A stretch of 64,000 bases of DNA from Cirrosporium novae-zelandiae (taxonomy: Eukaryota): assembly GCA_026023565.1 (NCBI GenBank), contig JAPETS010000001.1, forward strand, positions 744,001 through 808,000. The letters are read 5' to 3'. The number at the start of each line of letters is the position of its first letter. The first letter of the stretch is position 1. Both the position numbers and the translations under genes were made by a program. Positions 51,066 through 64,000 of this stretch are shown piece after piece. Below the pieces are notes generated by a model. It saw only the letters and a program-made list of their open reading frames with translations, was not told where the DNA came from and did not search any database.

Positions 51066-52984
51066 ATTGGGACTACTTCCAGAAGACAATAACTATTAGG
51101 AAAAGTCGCAGACGGTTATACAGAGAATAGTTATTGTCTAAAGAGCGGCATAGAAAGCACTTGTGACCTGATAATAGCAATTTGAAGTGGGATATCCATG
51201 TATAGCATCAATTCATGACTACAGGCAACAAATGATACTATCCAGGAGTATTGCTAATGCCAAGAATTGGGCAAGCTTTCGACTTGCAGTGAAGTTAAGC
51301 ATAAATACCCCGGGGAACAGTTTGAGCAAGCGTAGACCATTTAGTGATCCAAGCTTTTTCTTCATTATCAAGGCAGAAAGTACGTACGTTCACCATCACT
51401 TTATAAATTTAATCTATGAACATTGTAGGTTGGGAACATCCACCGCTCAAGTCCATGTGACTTGATTGTTTTTATTTACCTCCACAACAACTATCAAAAC
51501 ATTCAAATGAAAAAGTCGCTTTCTAACATATACTTCAATAATACTCCTTTTTATCTAGTACTATCTCCACGTCATATACGCCATATACACTTCTCCTTGT
51601 TTCTATGCAGAGAGTTTGGTCGAGTCACAACAGGTTTCTAGGGAAAGGAGCTCTACGAACGCATTTCCTGAATCTTCCTCTCATTTCTAAGGATCCTTCG
51701 CTTTCTTGAGTCCTTGTATGAGCCCTGGGCCTTGTTCCTCTTGTCTCAACAACACACCCAAGTCTATATTTTTCATAGTGAATGTCTCTTGGTTGGGGAA
51801 GCGACAGTTGAAATATCTCTATTCCGGAAGTCTTAATTAAATCAAAGTCCGTCAGATGGACGATATTTGCCATTTAGTTTATTGTATCTCTATATACCTT
51901 TCTCAATGATTTCCCTTTCCATTCTCCTTGGACATCAGACTATACATATCCCAAGTAACAAAGTACATAAATATTCCTTTCAATTTGGACTTTACATGCC
52001 ATACTTTATTACCCTTGTCTAAATATTCCATTCCTCTCTCATTCAATGAACAACGACAGTATGACTACCAGAGACCAAAGACTGCCTTATCTCCCTTATC
52101 TCATGCACCCAATCATTGCCAAATCTATAGACCTAAGTAAATTTGCCTCAATATATTCCTATAGCTTTCTCTTTGAGGCTCCTTTTTCAAGAATGAATAT
52201 ATCCCTTTAGTCTTTTCAATATGCTATTACGGAGCTGGCCGGTAATGCTATAGAAACTTCTATCCTGATTTGCCTGGGCTCCTTCCCGCCCCGACATTGA
52301 TGTTCCTTCCCTCTAAGTGGGATAAGCTAGTGCCATTCCGCCTTGTTGAGTGATGCTCTCGGGACGACACCATTCGCCATTCCTATGTTCCTTCCTTCGT
52401 TTTAAAAATCTGTTAGTTTAGTCCGCAGACAATCTCGGCGCGTTTGCAGCATATTTGCAGCTTGCTAGCGCCCACAATGAAACATAAATATCTCTCGAAA
52501 ATCCCTCCAAGGCTTGATTCCTTTCTTCTTTTTTATTCGGTCATCCTTCATTCTTCATTCGATATCACCCCGAACACTCTCTTTCATCAATTACTTCTTC
52601 AATTCATCAATTGATTCCTCATTCTACCTACTACCTACTGTCTCTTCAGGTATGCACTCATCGTTTCTTCTCAATGGTTCTCTGAGCCCTGACCTGAGTT
52701 CCTTAACTCACCTCAAGTCTCTTCTAACCACCCTTAGCTTACCTCTTCTTCTCTATACCTCCTTCATCCATCCCCTCTTCTCCATTAGCATCTCCTAGTT
52801 TCTTGATTGTGGTTTCAATTACTTCTTTTTCTACCTTGTTTCTCTCTCTGGTGATGATCTAACAGCTAGACAGACGATACAAACTATCTCGATTCGAGAT
52901 CTTCAATCATTCATTCAAGGTTTGTACCCCGATTGCCCTCTTTCTCTTAGTTCTTTTATAGCTAATTCGGCTTATGACGTGTAG

Positions 52985-55539
52985 ATGAGGCATCATGAAC
53001 CTCTTATCATCTCGAGCAGTCCCCACTCCTTGGGTGTCGAGTCCCGTAATGGAACTCCGGAGACCAAGGTGACGGTGTATTCTCCTGAAGAGATTCGCTC
53101 CACTGGCAAGGGTACTTCCACCAGGCCACCAGTCTTTACCATTGGTTTCGGTCTGGACACTGTGCAGATCATTGCTTCCAAGGCTGTGAACGGCGATCCT
53201 TTTCTAGGAGGACCTTCTAAGCTGTCTCCTACGGCTTCTGATTTTACCCCAGGCACCTCCAATGGAGTCGCTCCCCTTAGTCTCAGTGGGGTTCAATTCT
53301 TGAATGCAACGTCTATTCCGGACAGTCATCCTCAGACAGCCCAAGTTGGGAATGATTCTCCGATCGCTCCTATTGGCCAGCGTACACCATCTGACCCCAA
53401 TACTCCTACCAAGCCTGCTAGATACTCAAGCTTTGGGACCTTTACCACTGGTGGAGTGACACGACGAGCCTTCACTATTAAGGATGTTGTTCCGAATACT
53501 AACCCAAAGGAATTTGTATACCTTTTCAACGTATGTCCCTTGCCCTCTTTATGTTTTCTGTCCCTGTCTAATTTTCTTCTAGCATCATTTGTTCCCGTCT
53601 CTTGATGATGTAGCTCGGTTTGACCTCAGCATCAAGGGAACGGTCCATGTCGGGTTTATGGATGTTAGAGATGCGGAAAAGGCATTCTCAATGACCACCG
53701 GCCTCCATCCAGAATGGAAACTCGAGTACATCTCCCCGGCAGCCTTCGCGCAAAGACTAGAGCCTCGCTCCGTCTCTGGCGTTTCCCAGCATGAAGGTGA
53801 GGTTGTTGTCACTGCTCGAGCGGTATCTCCCGAATCAACGGCTACTCCCGACATTATCTGGCGCGCGGTAGAAGCCAAACTTGAAGAGTTCGGCGCTCTC
53901 AAGGCTCTTCGCAAGATCTATCCAGCAGTTCCTCATAGCATCGAATTCATTGCTGAGTTCTTCGATGTTGTCTCAGCCATCAATGCTGTCAATTCGTTGA
54001 ATGCTGTGGTGTTTGATGTGAGTATATCTTCTTACCAACTAGTCTTCCTCACTAACCGGCATAGGGCTACCGCATGTTTGTGTATCACCATGTCCCTGAT
54101 TTACCACGTGCAACCGAACCTCGAGTCGCCTTGAAGCTTGCAAGTCGTGGTCGAAACGGCTATTACCATGGCGGGTTCCCTTCGAGTGGCAGCTCATATC
54201 AAGCAGAGACCCTACCCTTCCAACACTATGATGCTGGACACACGCCGAGTAACTTGTACCCTATCCACGGTGCCATTGGACAAGAGCGAGGGGCTCAAGT
54301 CATTTATGACCCTTATACCTATGCCTTGTCCCCACGTCGTCGCAACAAGTACTCACCTAGACAAAGGAACTCGGGTTCCGGCAGCCACAATGCTGTCGAT
54401 ATCAAGAAAATCATGAAGGGGCTAGATGTACGTACTACTATCATGCTACGCAACATCCCGAACAAGCTGGATCAGGCAAGTACTACACTATCCCCTCAGC
54501 ATCAACTACTGACTTTATTCAGCCTATGCTTAAGGCCATTGTCGACGAGACTAGTCATGGCAAATATGACTTTATGTATCTTCGAATAGGTAAGCATCCT
54601 GAGAGTTCATCGGCAGTCAAATGTTGCTAATAGTTTACCAGATTTTGCAAACAATTGCAAGTAAGTGTTTTGCAAGCCCAGTCCAAGGGTATACTAATAT
54701 TTTTAGTGTCGGTTACGCATTCATCAACTTTGAGGATGTAAGTCACATTTTTTCCTGCCCTTGATCTGCTCTGCTAACGAAACCTTAGCCATATGACATT
54801 ATTGATGTAGGCTCCTCTTCATTCATCCAGAACTCTTGCTAACAATACTAGTTCGTCCAAGCTCGTGCTGGGTATCGTTGGTAAGTTCACTATTACTTTT
54901 AAGAATTACCTATGCTAACAACATCTAGGAATCGTTTCAACAGTGATAAGATCGCTGAGGTCTCTTATGCCAGTAAGTACCATCATTTATCTGACTGTAC
55001 GTTCTATACTAACGGTCATGTAGCCATCCAAGGGAAGGATTGCCTTGTGCAGAAGTTCCGCAACAGCTCAGTGATGCTAGAGATTCCTGCTTTCCGCCCA
55101 AAGGTATGACCCCTCTACTAGTTTTCTACCTTCTATTTCAATGCTTACATTTCCCAGCTATTTCATACTGGCACTGGCCCTCTTGCTGGTACCGAGGAAG
55201 AATTCCCTAAGCCCGACAATATCATGAAGATGAGACGTTCTGTAGAAAATGCCGAGCACGTCGGTAAGTGACACATTCTCTACTTCTTCATTAGCCAATT
55301 GACTGAACATCTTATCAGGTCTGTTTGCTCCCCGTGCTGGGCAGCAGTTCCGCGATGAACAGCGTCGTCGTCGCTCGCAATTTGATCGTGGTACTCGCTT
55401 GGCAGAGATCGAAGACTCCTTTGACTATCATTGGACACCTCATCGCATCATGCGCCGCCAGTTTGGTGTCGGAGATAGTCATCACTTCCTAGGCTCTCCT
55501 ACCCGTGGGCCTCAAGGATTCCCTGCTTTCCACTATTGA
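52985..55539 (+). CDS. mei2: Mei2-like RNA-binding protein (RRM3/RRM_2 domain)
   Basis: DVRTTIMLRNIPNKLDQ, GKYDFMYLRIDFANNCNVGYAFINF, FNSDKIAEVSYATIQGKDCLVQKFRNSSVM, FRPKLF; many micro-exons, one GC-AG intron and probable 5'UTR introns. Confidence 0.92.
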
Positions 55540-56668
55540 GCATGGGCTACGACTGGCTCGAGAATCGTCTTGCTTCACTGATCACATGTTGCCAACATTC
55601 AACTCTCCAGGATCCTAGGCAGCATTTTGTCTAACTTGACTCACAACGCAAGCGCGAATTTTCTTTAGTTTGTTGGTAGGACGTTCTTGAGCCTTGTTTA
55701 CCAATTCTTCAGGGACGTTTTAGCCGATGACAGTCAGTCGCTTGGCTATGTCTTTGTACTGATGCCAACGGAGTGTTGGTAATTGTGTGGATATGATACA
55801 GTTAAAGTGTTGAGGATATGTGACACGTTATTTCTTTCCTGTGTATTCTACGCTCTGTACGATAGTACATGTGGATGATTCGGATGTTTATGATGTTATG
55901 GCTTCCATGTACTGGCGGTAATATGTTTCTCGGTTTCAAAAGCGATGAAAGAAAAGCAAGAGTGGTGATAATGTGGTGACTCTCATTTACTTTACCACGG
56001 TATTAATGTGGTCCAATGTGTGATAGCTTGTTAAGTTAGTTCATTAATTCAAAAGTTCATTCGATACATGTCTGTCCTTAACAAATAAACTTATAAATTG
56101 TATCTCACCATGGATAATTTAAAGTGTGGCAATTATATAGAATCATGACGTGGTGTTGAGTTGTTTAGCTTATGATGTCTTGGATGTTAAAGGGTCATAG
56201 AAGTTTTTTTTTTTTCGAGTAACGCTCTCGCGCATTCTACTATTGTTAGACTAATCAGGATTCTAGTATTCTTTTAACAACTTGACGGGGTTGTAGTGAA
56301 ATATCGAGAACCTTGCTATCAATACAGACTTTCAAGCGCCATAAGCAAGCAAATGTAAATAATTTAAAAGAATTAGATAATTAGCTGGTTAGATCGTTGA
56401 GCCATAGTCTTCGACTCAAACACCTAATGGAAAACCAACCAACCATTCGAGCAATCTAGCCGGCAATACCGAACCAGCAATACAAACTCTGTAGCTCAAG
56501 CAGCCTAAGCGGGATTTATTAAACAAACTCCAATTACGCTAACTACCTCACTGTGGCGGAAACCGGCGACACGACACCCTCCCTCTAACTTGATCATTTC
56601 CGATATCAATCACAATACTCCACAAATTATACCCACCATCTCAACAAACCCCAATAAAACGGACAATT

Positions 56669-57421
56669 ATGTCTACCCCCTTCCCTCCTCTCCCGCTCCT
56701 AACCCAGACCTCTCACCTCCTACACATCCTACACCACCGCAATAAAAACCAACACCACCACTCACATTGGTGGCGCTACCTCTGCCAACTCCGCCGGCAC
56801 ATCTCAAAACTAATCCTCGCTATTGAACGTGGCAACCGAAGGGACGTGGAGGGCCGAGTTAGATTTCTAAGAGATGTGTTTCTAGGAAGGTGCTTAGTGG
56901 CGTTTTCGAATTTGGTTGCTGATAATCAGTTTGCGGTGCTCGGGGTGGTGTTGGTGGGGGAGGTGGGGAGAGTATGGGGGTTGGTGAGCGGGGAGGACGA
57001 CGATGAGGACGACAAGGAGGGAGTAGGAGAGGTAGGTTTAGGTAGTAATAGTGCGGATGAGGAGGATTTGGGTGATGTCGTTCCTAGGGAAGAGGTGGAG
57101 GTTGGTAATATGGGCATTTCTATTCCTATTTCTGATCATACATTTAATAATACTTCTGCTTCCATTTCTACCACCCCTCACGCTAGGAATGATGCTACAA
57201 CCCTAACAACAACCCCGACAACTACACCTACCACAAGTACCCACAAATCCTCAGCAAACAAGAAAGAGAAGAAAGACACTTCATCCCCACCTCCGTCTAC
57301 CACTACCACTGCAGGCATCAAAAGAAAGAACTCCATAAATGATAGGCAGAACAAGGACAAAAAGAAGAAAAAACGCAAGAAGGGAAACGCAATTGATGAT
57401 ATTTTTGCCGCTTTGGGATAA
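56669..57421 (+). CDS. RMP1: RNase MRP protein subunit Rmp1
   Basis: LHHRNKNQH...WW..L..LRR, AFSNLVADNQFAVLGVVL, EDLGDVVPR, KKKKRKKGNAIDDIF; single exon. Confidence 0.88.
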   Translation: MSTPFPPLPLLTQTSHLLHILHHRNKNQHHHSHWWRYLCQLRRHISKLILAIERGNRRDVEGRVRFLRDVFLGRCLVAFSNLVADNQFAVLGVVLVGEVGRVWGLVSGEDDDEDDKEGVGEVGLGSNSADEEDLGDVVPREEVEVGNMGISIPISDHTFNNTSASISTTPHARNDATTLTTTPTTTPTTSTHKSSANKKEKKDTSSPPPSTTTTAGIKRKNSINDRQNKDKKKKKRKKGNAIDDIFAALG

Positions 57422-57861
57422 TAAGAGCCATACTTATTTATTTTTCTCTTTTGTTTTGGCTTCTGGGATAGAGGCCTAGATTTTGGGTGGGTGAGGGGAT
57501 TTTTTACGGAGTGAGGGGGTTGGGAAGGGATTGTGAATTACGGGAGAGATCAGCTGGTGGCAGTTAGCTGAGGCGTGAGAATGGGAGTTGAGAGTGACTT
57601 TTTTTAAGATACTAATGGAGGCTGGGTTGAAGATAATCTTTGGGTAATATAATTCCTCAAAGTCACTCGCTACAACTTATGCGAACGAAAGCCAATGCAA
57701 AAAAACACACTACAATCGCTACACAATGAGTCTCGCCTCTATACCTAACAACCCTTCTTCAAAGCCAATCATCTAGATTGCCATCAAGCCACCTCTTGCC
57801 TATACCAATTCAAAAAAACCTAACTACACTTGAGAGCTTCAAGGGGTCCTGCATTTGATTG

Positions 57862-60800
57862 TTATATCGCCCAAGCCAACACACTCCCCAAGCCAATATT
57901 AACCCCCAAATGCATCCCCACACCCCAGGCCATCTCATACAAATACTTTGGCGAAAACACCGTCCAAATGAACAGATGCACCCTCAGCACCGTGCACGCC
58001 ACCATGACGCTTAGCAAACTCCCCGCCGTGAACAACGTCATTAGACTCATGTGTCCGTAAAGACCCTCGCCTTTCTCGATGACGATTTCTCTACTACCTC
58101 CTTCCCTAGTATCCCCCTTGGGATTCCCAGAGGACGCCTTTAAGAGCAAAATATTGGCAGCGCTTGTCCACCAAATCGGACCAGCCCAGTTCCCTACGAA
58201 TATTAGGATCCCAACCATCCAGACGCTATATCCACTGACGCCGTTGTATGCACTGCTGAGATCGACGCTGGAGATGGCGTTTGAGTTCCCGAGGGCGAAG
58301 AACGAGGCGTGCTGGAAGAGGAGGGTGGTCATTGTGATTTCAGTGGGGGAGAGGGCGAACGTAGAGAGGAGGTTGAGTTGTACTTCGAAGAGGAGGAAAA
58401 GCGGGATGTTGGAGACACGGGATTGGGTTATTAGGAAGGCACCGAGGAGGTCGTGAAGGACGAAGGCGAGGCCTGGGATTGGTTGGTAAGGTTAGTTTGT
58501 TTAAAAAAAAACACGTGGGTGAGGGAGATGAGCTGGGGAAGGAGGATGCAATCGAACCTTTATTCTCTGTAGTCTTTTTCTCATTTCCCCTGCATTGGAC
58601 GATATTATACACCAAACTCAAGCCAATGTCAATAAATACCGCCCTGGCCTGTGATACCAAGCTGATCCCCTCCGCCTGGTTCAAAAAGGTCGGGCTCATA
58701 TTCCCTACTAGCTCTGGTGCATCCTGTACCGTAAACGCGAGCTTGAACCCAAAAGACACAAGGCACAGTGTGATAGCCATGATAGACGAGACCTGGATTC
58801 CCATCTGTGGCACTCGGTGACGGACAAGGCGAAGGCCGATATCTAGGTATGCAGCAATGACGAGGACCCACATTACGTTATGGTGGGCACGGAAGAAGGT
58901 GTTTGCGATATCTGGAGCGCCGGCGTGCTTTTGGCCGGTTTGATTCCAGCGGCGGGAGATTCTTGCTAGGATGGCTACGAATACCGAGAAGAGACCTGGA
59001 ATGCTGACTTTGGGCCAGAGCTGGCTCCTTTATTACAAATTAATTAGGTTATTTCCGAAAGCCAGTGTATTAAGGAAAGGGGAAATTTCGCACATACTCC
59101 CTTAAATATAGACAAGCAAGCCAGCCGCAGGTAGCCCAGTACCAGAAATTTTGTTCCTCTTCGACGTAGCTACTTGCGAACATCATTATACTGTATACAA
59201 GGATCGTCATAACGAATGCGTGGCTAGCGAATCTGGAGGAGCGGAGAGCAGGTAGAGAAGCTAGGAAAGCCAATAGTACAGCACTGGCTGCAAGAAATAT
59301 GCCAAGGTAGAGCTTCGGCATGTCGTAGTTGCTGGAGGTGCTGCTCATAAGCTCCTGCGCCGATCTAGAGAACTATGGAATGTAAGCGTGAAGGTTACGG
59401 GACTGAGGAGAAGATGCCTTTACTTTGAGCAGGGATTTCAATGCTTCTGTGTAGCTAGCCTGACTACCCTCGCTCCGGAAAAGCTGAAGCTGCTTGTTAA
59501 CGTTGATCCAGTCGCAACCAAGAGCTTCGACTGCAGATCTAGGTCCATTACAGTTCTGTGAACCCAAGTCTTCTTCGAAGACCTGAGTTGGAAAAGTAGC
59601 CTTGACAACATCAAGGATCTGGAATGCATTTCTTGTAAGCAGTCGGAGCCTATCGTTTTCTTGTAAATGTTAGACTGAAGGCACCTCGAAGAGGAAGCAT
59701 GGCAATCATACCATTTGCCCAGAAATCCAAAAATTCAGGTATAAATACTCCAAGGTTGTTCAGAGGAACCGGGAAGCCAAGCAACCCAGCAAGAGTTGGA
59801 GCGATATCAGATTGTTCCACCGTCCTGTAAAACTGAAAGTCGCTCTTGGCTTCTAATGGGCTCCTGTACGCCATGTCGGACATTCCTTGGATCTTCGGAG
59901 ACATAAAGACGAGCGCCGGGGATATCTCGCCGCTGGACGAACCGCCATGATTGCCAGCATCATTCATTCCGTGGTCTCCACAAAGAACGAAAAGGCAATT
60001 AGACAAATGTGGTTCTTGTAGGATAGCCTCGTATATTGTCTTGACAATGCCATCCATCTCACTCTGCTTTGGGAGCATATTAGGGCTGTTTATCCGTCAG
60101 TCATATACTACAATATTCTATCGATCGTTGGAAGAAGTAACCTTCTTGGTCCAGATTTATGTCCAATATGGTCCAAGCCTAGATAATGCATAATCATAGC
60201 GTTCCAATCAGTTTTCCTCAGCTCTTCAGGAACATGTCTAGTAACATTGTTATCGACTTCCGTAAAGTCCTGCATACACATTCATTTGTCTCAGCTATTA
60301 ATTCTTCTAACAATATGTACAGTAATATTCGAACGCTGATGGCACCACTAACCGAAACGAAAAAACTCGACGTGCCATCCTCCCGGGAGAAGAAATCAGG
60401 AAATAGCTTCAGCCATGTGTCATCTCCATAGAATATCAAATTCCCTTCTGGTTGCGCTTTTACTTGGGCAAGCCATGTGTCTTGATTTGCGAGGGTCGAG
60501 GTAGTGTCCGATTCGGCAAAATTTAATATCACGTCTAGGAAAGAGGGTATTGAGCCGGTTGTTATAGCTTTAACCCGTGGCATCGTGATCGTAGGAGAGG
60601 TTGCATGTGCTGTGAACGGGATGGCATTTCCAGACCTGATTAAGCTGCAATATGTGAGCCTCAGTTCATGGTTAATAAGGAGTAGTGGCATATACCCTTG
60701 GGTGAACTGGAAGCCAGATGGCTCGGCATAGACAAAATCACTACCGTATGATAAGTGCACTGCAACGCGATTATCTTCAGAGTGTATATTACCTCCTCAA

Positions 60801-60992
60801 AGCATCAACGACCATAAACACGACTCGATCAAAGGGCGCTGGTGGAGGGGGTCCATGGCCGATATCCTTATATATCGCAAGACCTGGTAATACTGGTTTG
60901 TAGGGAAAGAATCCAATAGCAAAGATGAGAATAGCAGTTGGGATAAATAAATTTGCGCCTCGGAAGAGGACTTTAGAAAACGACGAAGGCAT
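57862..60992 (-). CDS. GPI7: GPI ethanolamine phosphate transferase 2 (Gpi7/PIG-G)
   Basis: FDRVVFMVVDALRSDF, PTITMPRVKAITTGSIPSFLD, HYLGLDHIGH, CGDHGMNDAGNHGGSS, SSYVEEEQNFWYW, GNSNAISSVDLS, HLFIWTVFSPKYLY; about 8 introns. Confidence 0.95.
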
Positions 60993-61414
60993 CCTATTTC
61001 GATGATAGATATCAATCAGGATCTGTGTTAATATGCATACTATGAAACTTGTCTGTTCAAGGTGTTCTCCATTGTAGAGAATACACAATTGTCAGAACAG
61101 AAGAAGGAAAGGAAGGACAATAATAATGTTCATGTAGACAATGTAGAGCTTCACTCGTTTTCCCCTCGATAGACCTGAGGAAATAAGGTCTAAAAGTCGT
61201 AGGGCTGAATTCCGAATTCAGGCCACCGGGTGCCAAGGAATGGTCCAATTGATTTGCCCAGTCAATACTGTGTAGTGTGTATGAAAATCGAATCCATCGT
61301 TAATCGCATCACGTGCTTTCATACACGCCTTTCTCTGTATTAATAATTTTCAAAGATGAGGAACATTCAAGCAGTTTGTAATACAGAGCCTCACCCACTC
61401 AATATTATTTCATA

Positions 61415-62319
61415 ATGGGGTCGATTGAGGCAGAACCGTCAATCGACGTCAATCATTTAACCTACAACTTCCCTGACGGCTCTCTAGGTTTACAAGATGC
61501 CGTCATCAATCTTCCTCCCCGAAGTCGCACACTGCTAATTGGAGGTATGTCGCCAGACAATAATAATCTTGGGCCTATCAGCTTAAGTACTAACCATTCT
61601 CAGCAAATGGCGCTGGTAAAACCACTCTCCTACGACTCCTCTCCGGCAAACGACTTGCCCCGAACAATACAATATCCATTGCCGGCGTTGATCCGTTCAA
61701 AGAAAGTCTCGAAGGGGTGACTTATCTTGGTCTCGAATGGGTTCTCAACCCCATCGTTCGCACTGACATCGATGTCCCTACGCTCCTTTCATCGGTTGGG
61801 GGTGACTATTATTCTGACCGACGTGATGAATTGGTCCAGATCCTTGATATAGACCTAAGGTGGCGTATGCATGCCGTTTCCGATGGCGAAAGGAGAAGAG
61901 TGCAGCTAGCAATGGGACTAATAAGACCTTGGAGAGTTTTGCTTTTGGACGAGATCACGGTAGACCTAGATCTACTGAGTCGGAGCAACTTCCTGACGTT
62001 CTTGAAGAGGGAGACGGAAATTAGGGGCTGCACGATTGTTTACGCCACGCACATATTGGATAATCTCGCAGGATGGCCCACGTATCTTGTTCACATGCAC
62101 CTAGGAAAGATAAAGCAATGGGGTCCTATAGAGGAGTTTAACATCAGTTCTTACGAAGACTCGGGGAATAGTCGTCTCGGTCAATTAGTTCTAGGATGGT
62201 TAAAGCAAGATTTAGAGGAGCGGGGGCCGCGGCAAGGGCAACAAAATCAAGGGAAAACATATGAGTCGTTGGAAGGAAAGGGAGGGTATGGCCATGAGAA
62301 CATTGCGAAGATGAATTAG
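61415..62319 (+). CDS. CAF16: Soluble ABC ATPase Caf16
   Basis: Walker [10 protein letters not shown] (split by intron approx. 61546-61603), signature [11 protein letters not shown], Walker [17 protein letters not shown]; no TM domain. Confidence 0.93.
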
Positions 62320-62386
62320 GTTTGGTGAATATTTTATTGCTTTTATTTCTATGATACCCCCCCCCCTAGTTTCAACAACTTAGGTT

Positions 62387-64000
62387 TCAACAACTCAAAG
62401 GGAGTTCGCTTATTTTAAATAACCTCAAGGAGGTATCCTCACTGGCAACTGCCAATTCACCGCTTTCATGCTGTTCCTGTGCTTTTTGTTCCTCCCCATC
62501 TGACATCAATACTTGTCTTTCACAAGGCCTCCAGCATAAACTAGTAATAGTTCTTGAAAAGCTATATTTTGCACCAACCCGATATTGTGCTACTTTCTCA
62601 AAGTTTTGGGGCACACTCAGCGCATAGATATCAAGCTCCCCAGATTCAAAGCCAACCGCGAGGTGTAAAGTCTGCCTTATAATACGCTGCATGAATGAGA
62701 CCGCTGATACCCCTTCCGTTGTGGGTATACTTGTCTTCATGTTAAAATTGTCTCCCTCAGCTCCCCATATTTTTACAGCCTTTTCCCGACCAGCAGTTAC
62801 AAAGATACAACCACACTCTTTTGGCGCCCAGTCACAGTCATGGATCATTCGAGTATGAGCCTTGGGGTTTGAACTCCGAAGACTATATTCAAGTGGTTTC
62901 CCTTCGACTCGCTGGAAAACTGCCCATTTTCGATCACGTCCCACGCTCAATAATTGGGCATCATCTTCAGAGAAACAAAGGCTTGCAACTGTAAGTGAAT
63001 GAACTGTCAGTACTGGCTTAATTTCTTGCCAGTTCTCGGTGTTGTATAATCGAATGACAGCGTGGTCGATTGAACTTGCTTTACAGGCTGTGGCTACAAC
63101 TCTAAGATCATGACTTGCAGCAATGGCAGAGATCTCGTAACCATGACCATATAGCTTTTCGCATTCTGGCCATAGAGTATGCCTTGCGAGATCGTCCTCT
63201 AGAGGCGGGTGTTGAAGATCAGGGATAGAAGAAGAAGAAGAAGCGGAGGCGGGATTTATAGCATCTCTAGATTCTTCTGCTGTATCTTCAGTTTTATTTT
63301 CGTTTTGTTCCTCATTTTCCGTGGCCTTATTTGACAATCCAAGCACTGGCATACTTGCTGACTCGGGCATTATGCTCTCATCAATTTGTTTCACGCCGCA
63401 AAGCCGTTCCAGCACTTTTGCTATAGGCTTCGGCTCGTCAAAGACTCGAAGGAGCTTTTCATCTGCACCAGAAATGAACTGCCGACTACCAAGTGAAGCT
63501 ATGCAATTCAAATCGTAACCATGAATTTGTGGTCTCGAGAATTCATGCCAGGTAGTTTGGCCATTCCCTATCCATCGAGAATGAAGCCTGGTTGTCTGAT
63601 CAGAGCTGGTAGAAAGGAGATATTCGCCTTTGCTCGACCAAGTGATACCCGTTACTGCTCGTACATGGCCGCTGATACCATTGCGCTGTATCCATCGACC
63701 GGATCCTGTATCGTGGTCCCATAGCCTCCAACTGCCAGTTCGGCTCAGGGATGTTACAGTCTGACCGTTCGGTGACCAGAGGCCGATCCAGAACCCGCCT
63801 GTGCTTCCTGTGGCCGTCGTCGAACCTTTCTGGGCATTTATTTCGCCAAGCCGGGTATCACAGACCCAAATACCAGTATTAGATTTACTCCAGATCGCCA
63901 AAGAGTTATCAGCAGAAGTTGTAAGTAGTCGGAGCTGACCATCTTTAAACCGAGTCCATGCCGAGGTATGTATCCAATCCTCGTGCCCTATCAACAATGC
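62387..64000 (-). CDS. ELP2: Elongator complex subunit Elp2 (WD40), 5' partial
   Basis: GHEDWIH, KGSTTATGSTGGFW, SDQTTRLH, WHEFSRPQIHGYDLN, SGADEKLLRVF, TLWPECEKLYGHGYEI. Confidence 0.96.
   Translation of the reverse strand, partial: ALLIGHEDWIHTSAWTRFKDGQLRLLTTSADNSLAIWSKSNTGIWVCDTRLGEINAQKGSTTATGSTGGFWIGLWSPNGQTVTSLSRTGSWRLWDHDTGSGRWIQRNGISGHVRAVTGITWSSKGEYLLSTSSDQTTRLHSRWIGNGQTTWHEFSRPQIHGYDLNCIASLGSRQFISGADEKLLRVFDEPKPIAKVLERLCGVKQIDESIMPESASMPVLGLSNKATENEEQNENKTEDTAEESRDAINPASASSSSSIPDLQHPPLEDDLARHTLWPECEKLYGHGYEISAIAASHDLRVVATACKASSIDHAVIRLYNTENWQEIKPVLTVHSLTVASLCFSEDDAQLLSVGRDRKWAVFQRVEGKPLEYSLRSSNPKAHTRMIHDCDWAPKECGCIFVTAGREKAVKIWGAEGDNFNMKTSIPTTEGVSAVSFMQRIIRQTLHLAVGFESGELDIYALSVPQNFEKVAQYRVGAKYSFSRTITSLCWRPCERQVLMSDGEEQKAQEQHESGELAVASEDTSLRLFKISELPLSC

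Noticed and set aside
51625..51873. 82-aa ORF between SEC15 and mei2 (likewise 23688-23975 and 45590-45961)
   Set aside because: No recognisable homology or splice support; length is compatible with chance.

Overview
Gene-dense 64 kb segment of a filamentous ascomycete (Pezizomycotina-type) nuclear chromosome: short GT-AG introns with CTAAC/CTGAC branch sites, no transposon, CRISPR, tRNA or rRNA. I can support 27 protein-coding genes, mostly housekeeping: C78 peptidase (5' partial), a P450-fold protein, FAP7, HAM1, myosin V, an FCY2-type permease, SER3, MSO1, SES1, Rheb, WAPL, FUR1, ELF1 (missed by the ORF track), URG1/URC1, RPS1, an ABHD11-like hydrolase, MSW1, RSM10, PNP1, FCF2, HapE, SEC15, a Mei2-like RRM protein, RMP1, GPI7, CAF16 and ELP2 (5' partial). 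I found no clearly new multi-gene system. The best leads are: (1) an intact CYP7-like P450 ORF with no heme-ligating cysteine (Tyr at the apparent position); (2) a box C/D snoRNA in the FCF2 intron whose guide fits LSU rRNA Am2256 (snR63/SNORD46-like); (3) a TAGTAG tandem acceptor in hapE that chooses between an immediate stop and a 42-aa acidic tail; (4) a UPRTase + URG1 linkage with an exact TCGG-N6-CCGA site; (5) microsatellite/GC-skew patches recurring about every 18 kb at convergent gene junctions. Exon boundaries were read by eye and family assignments come from motif recognition, not database searches.
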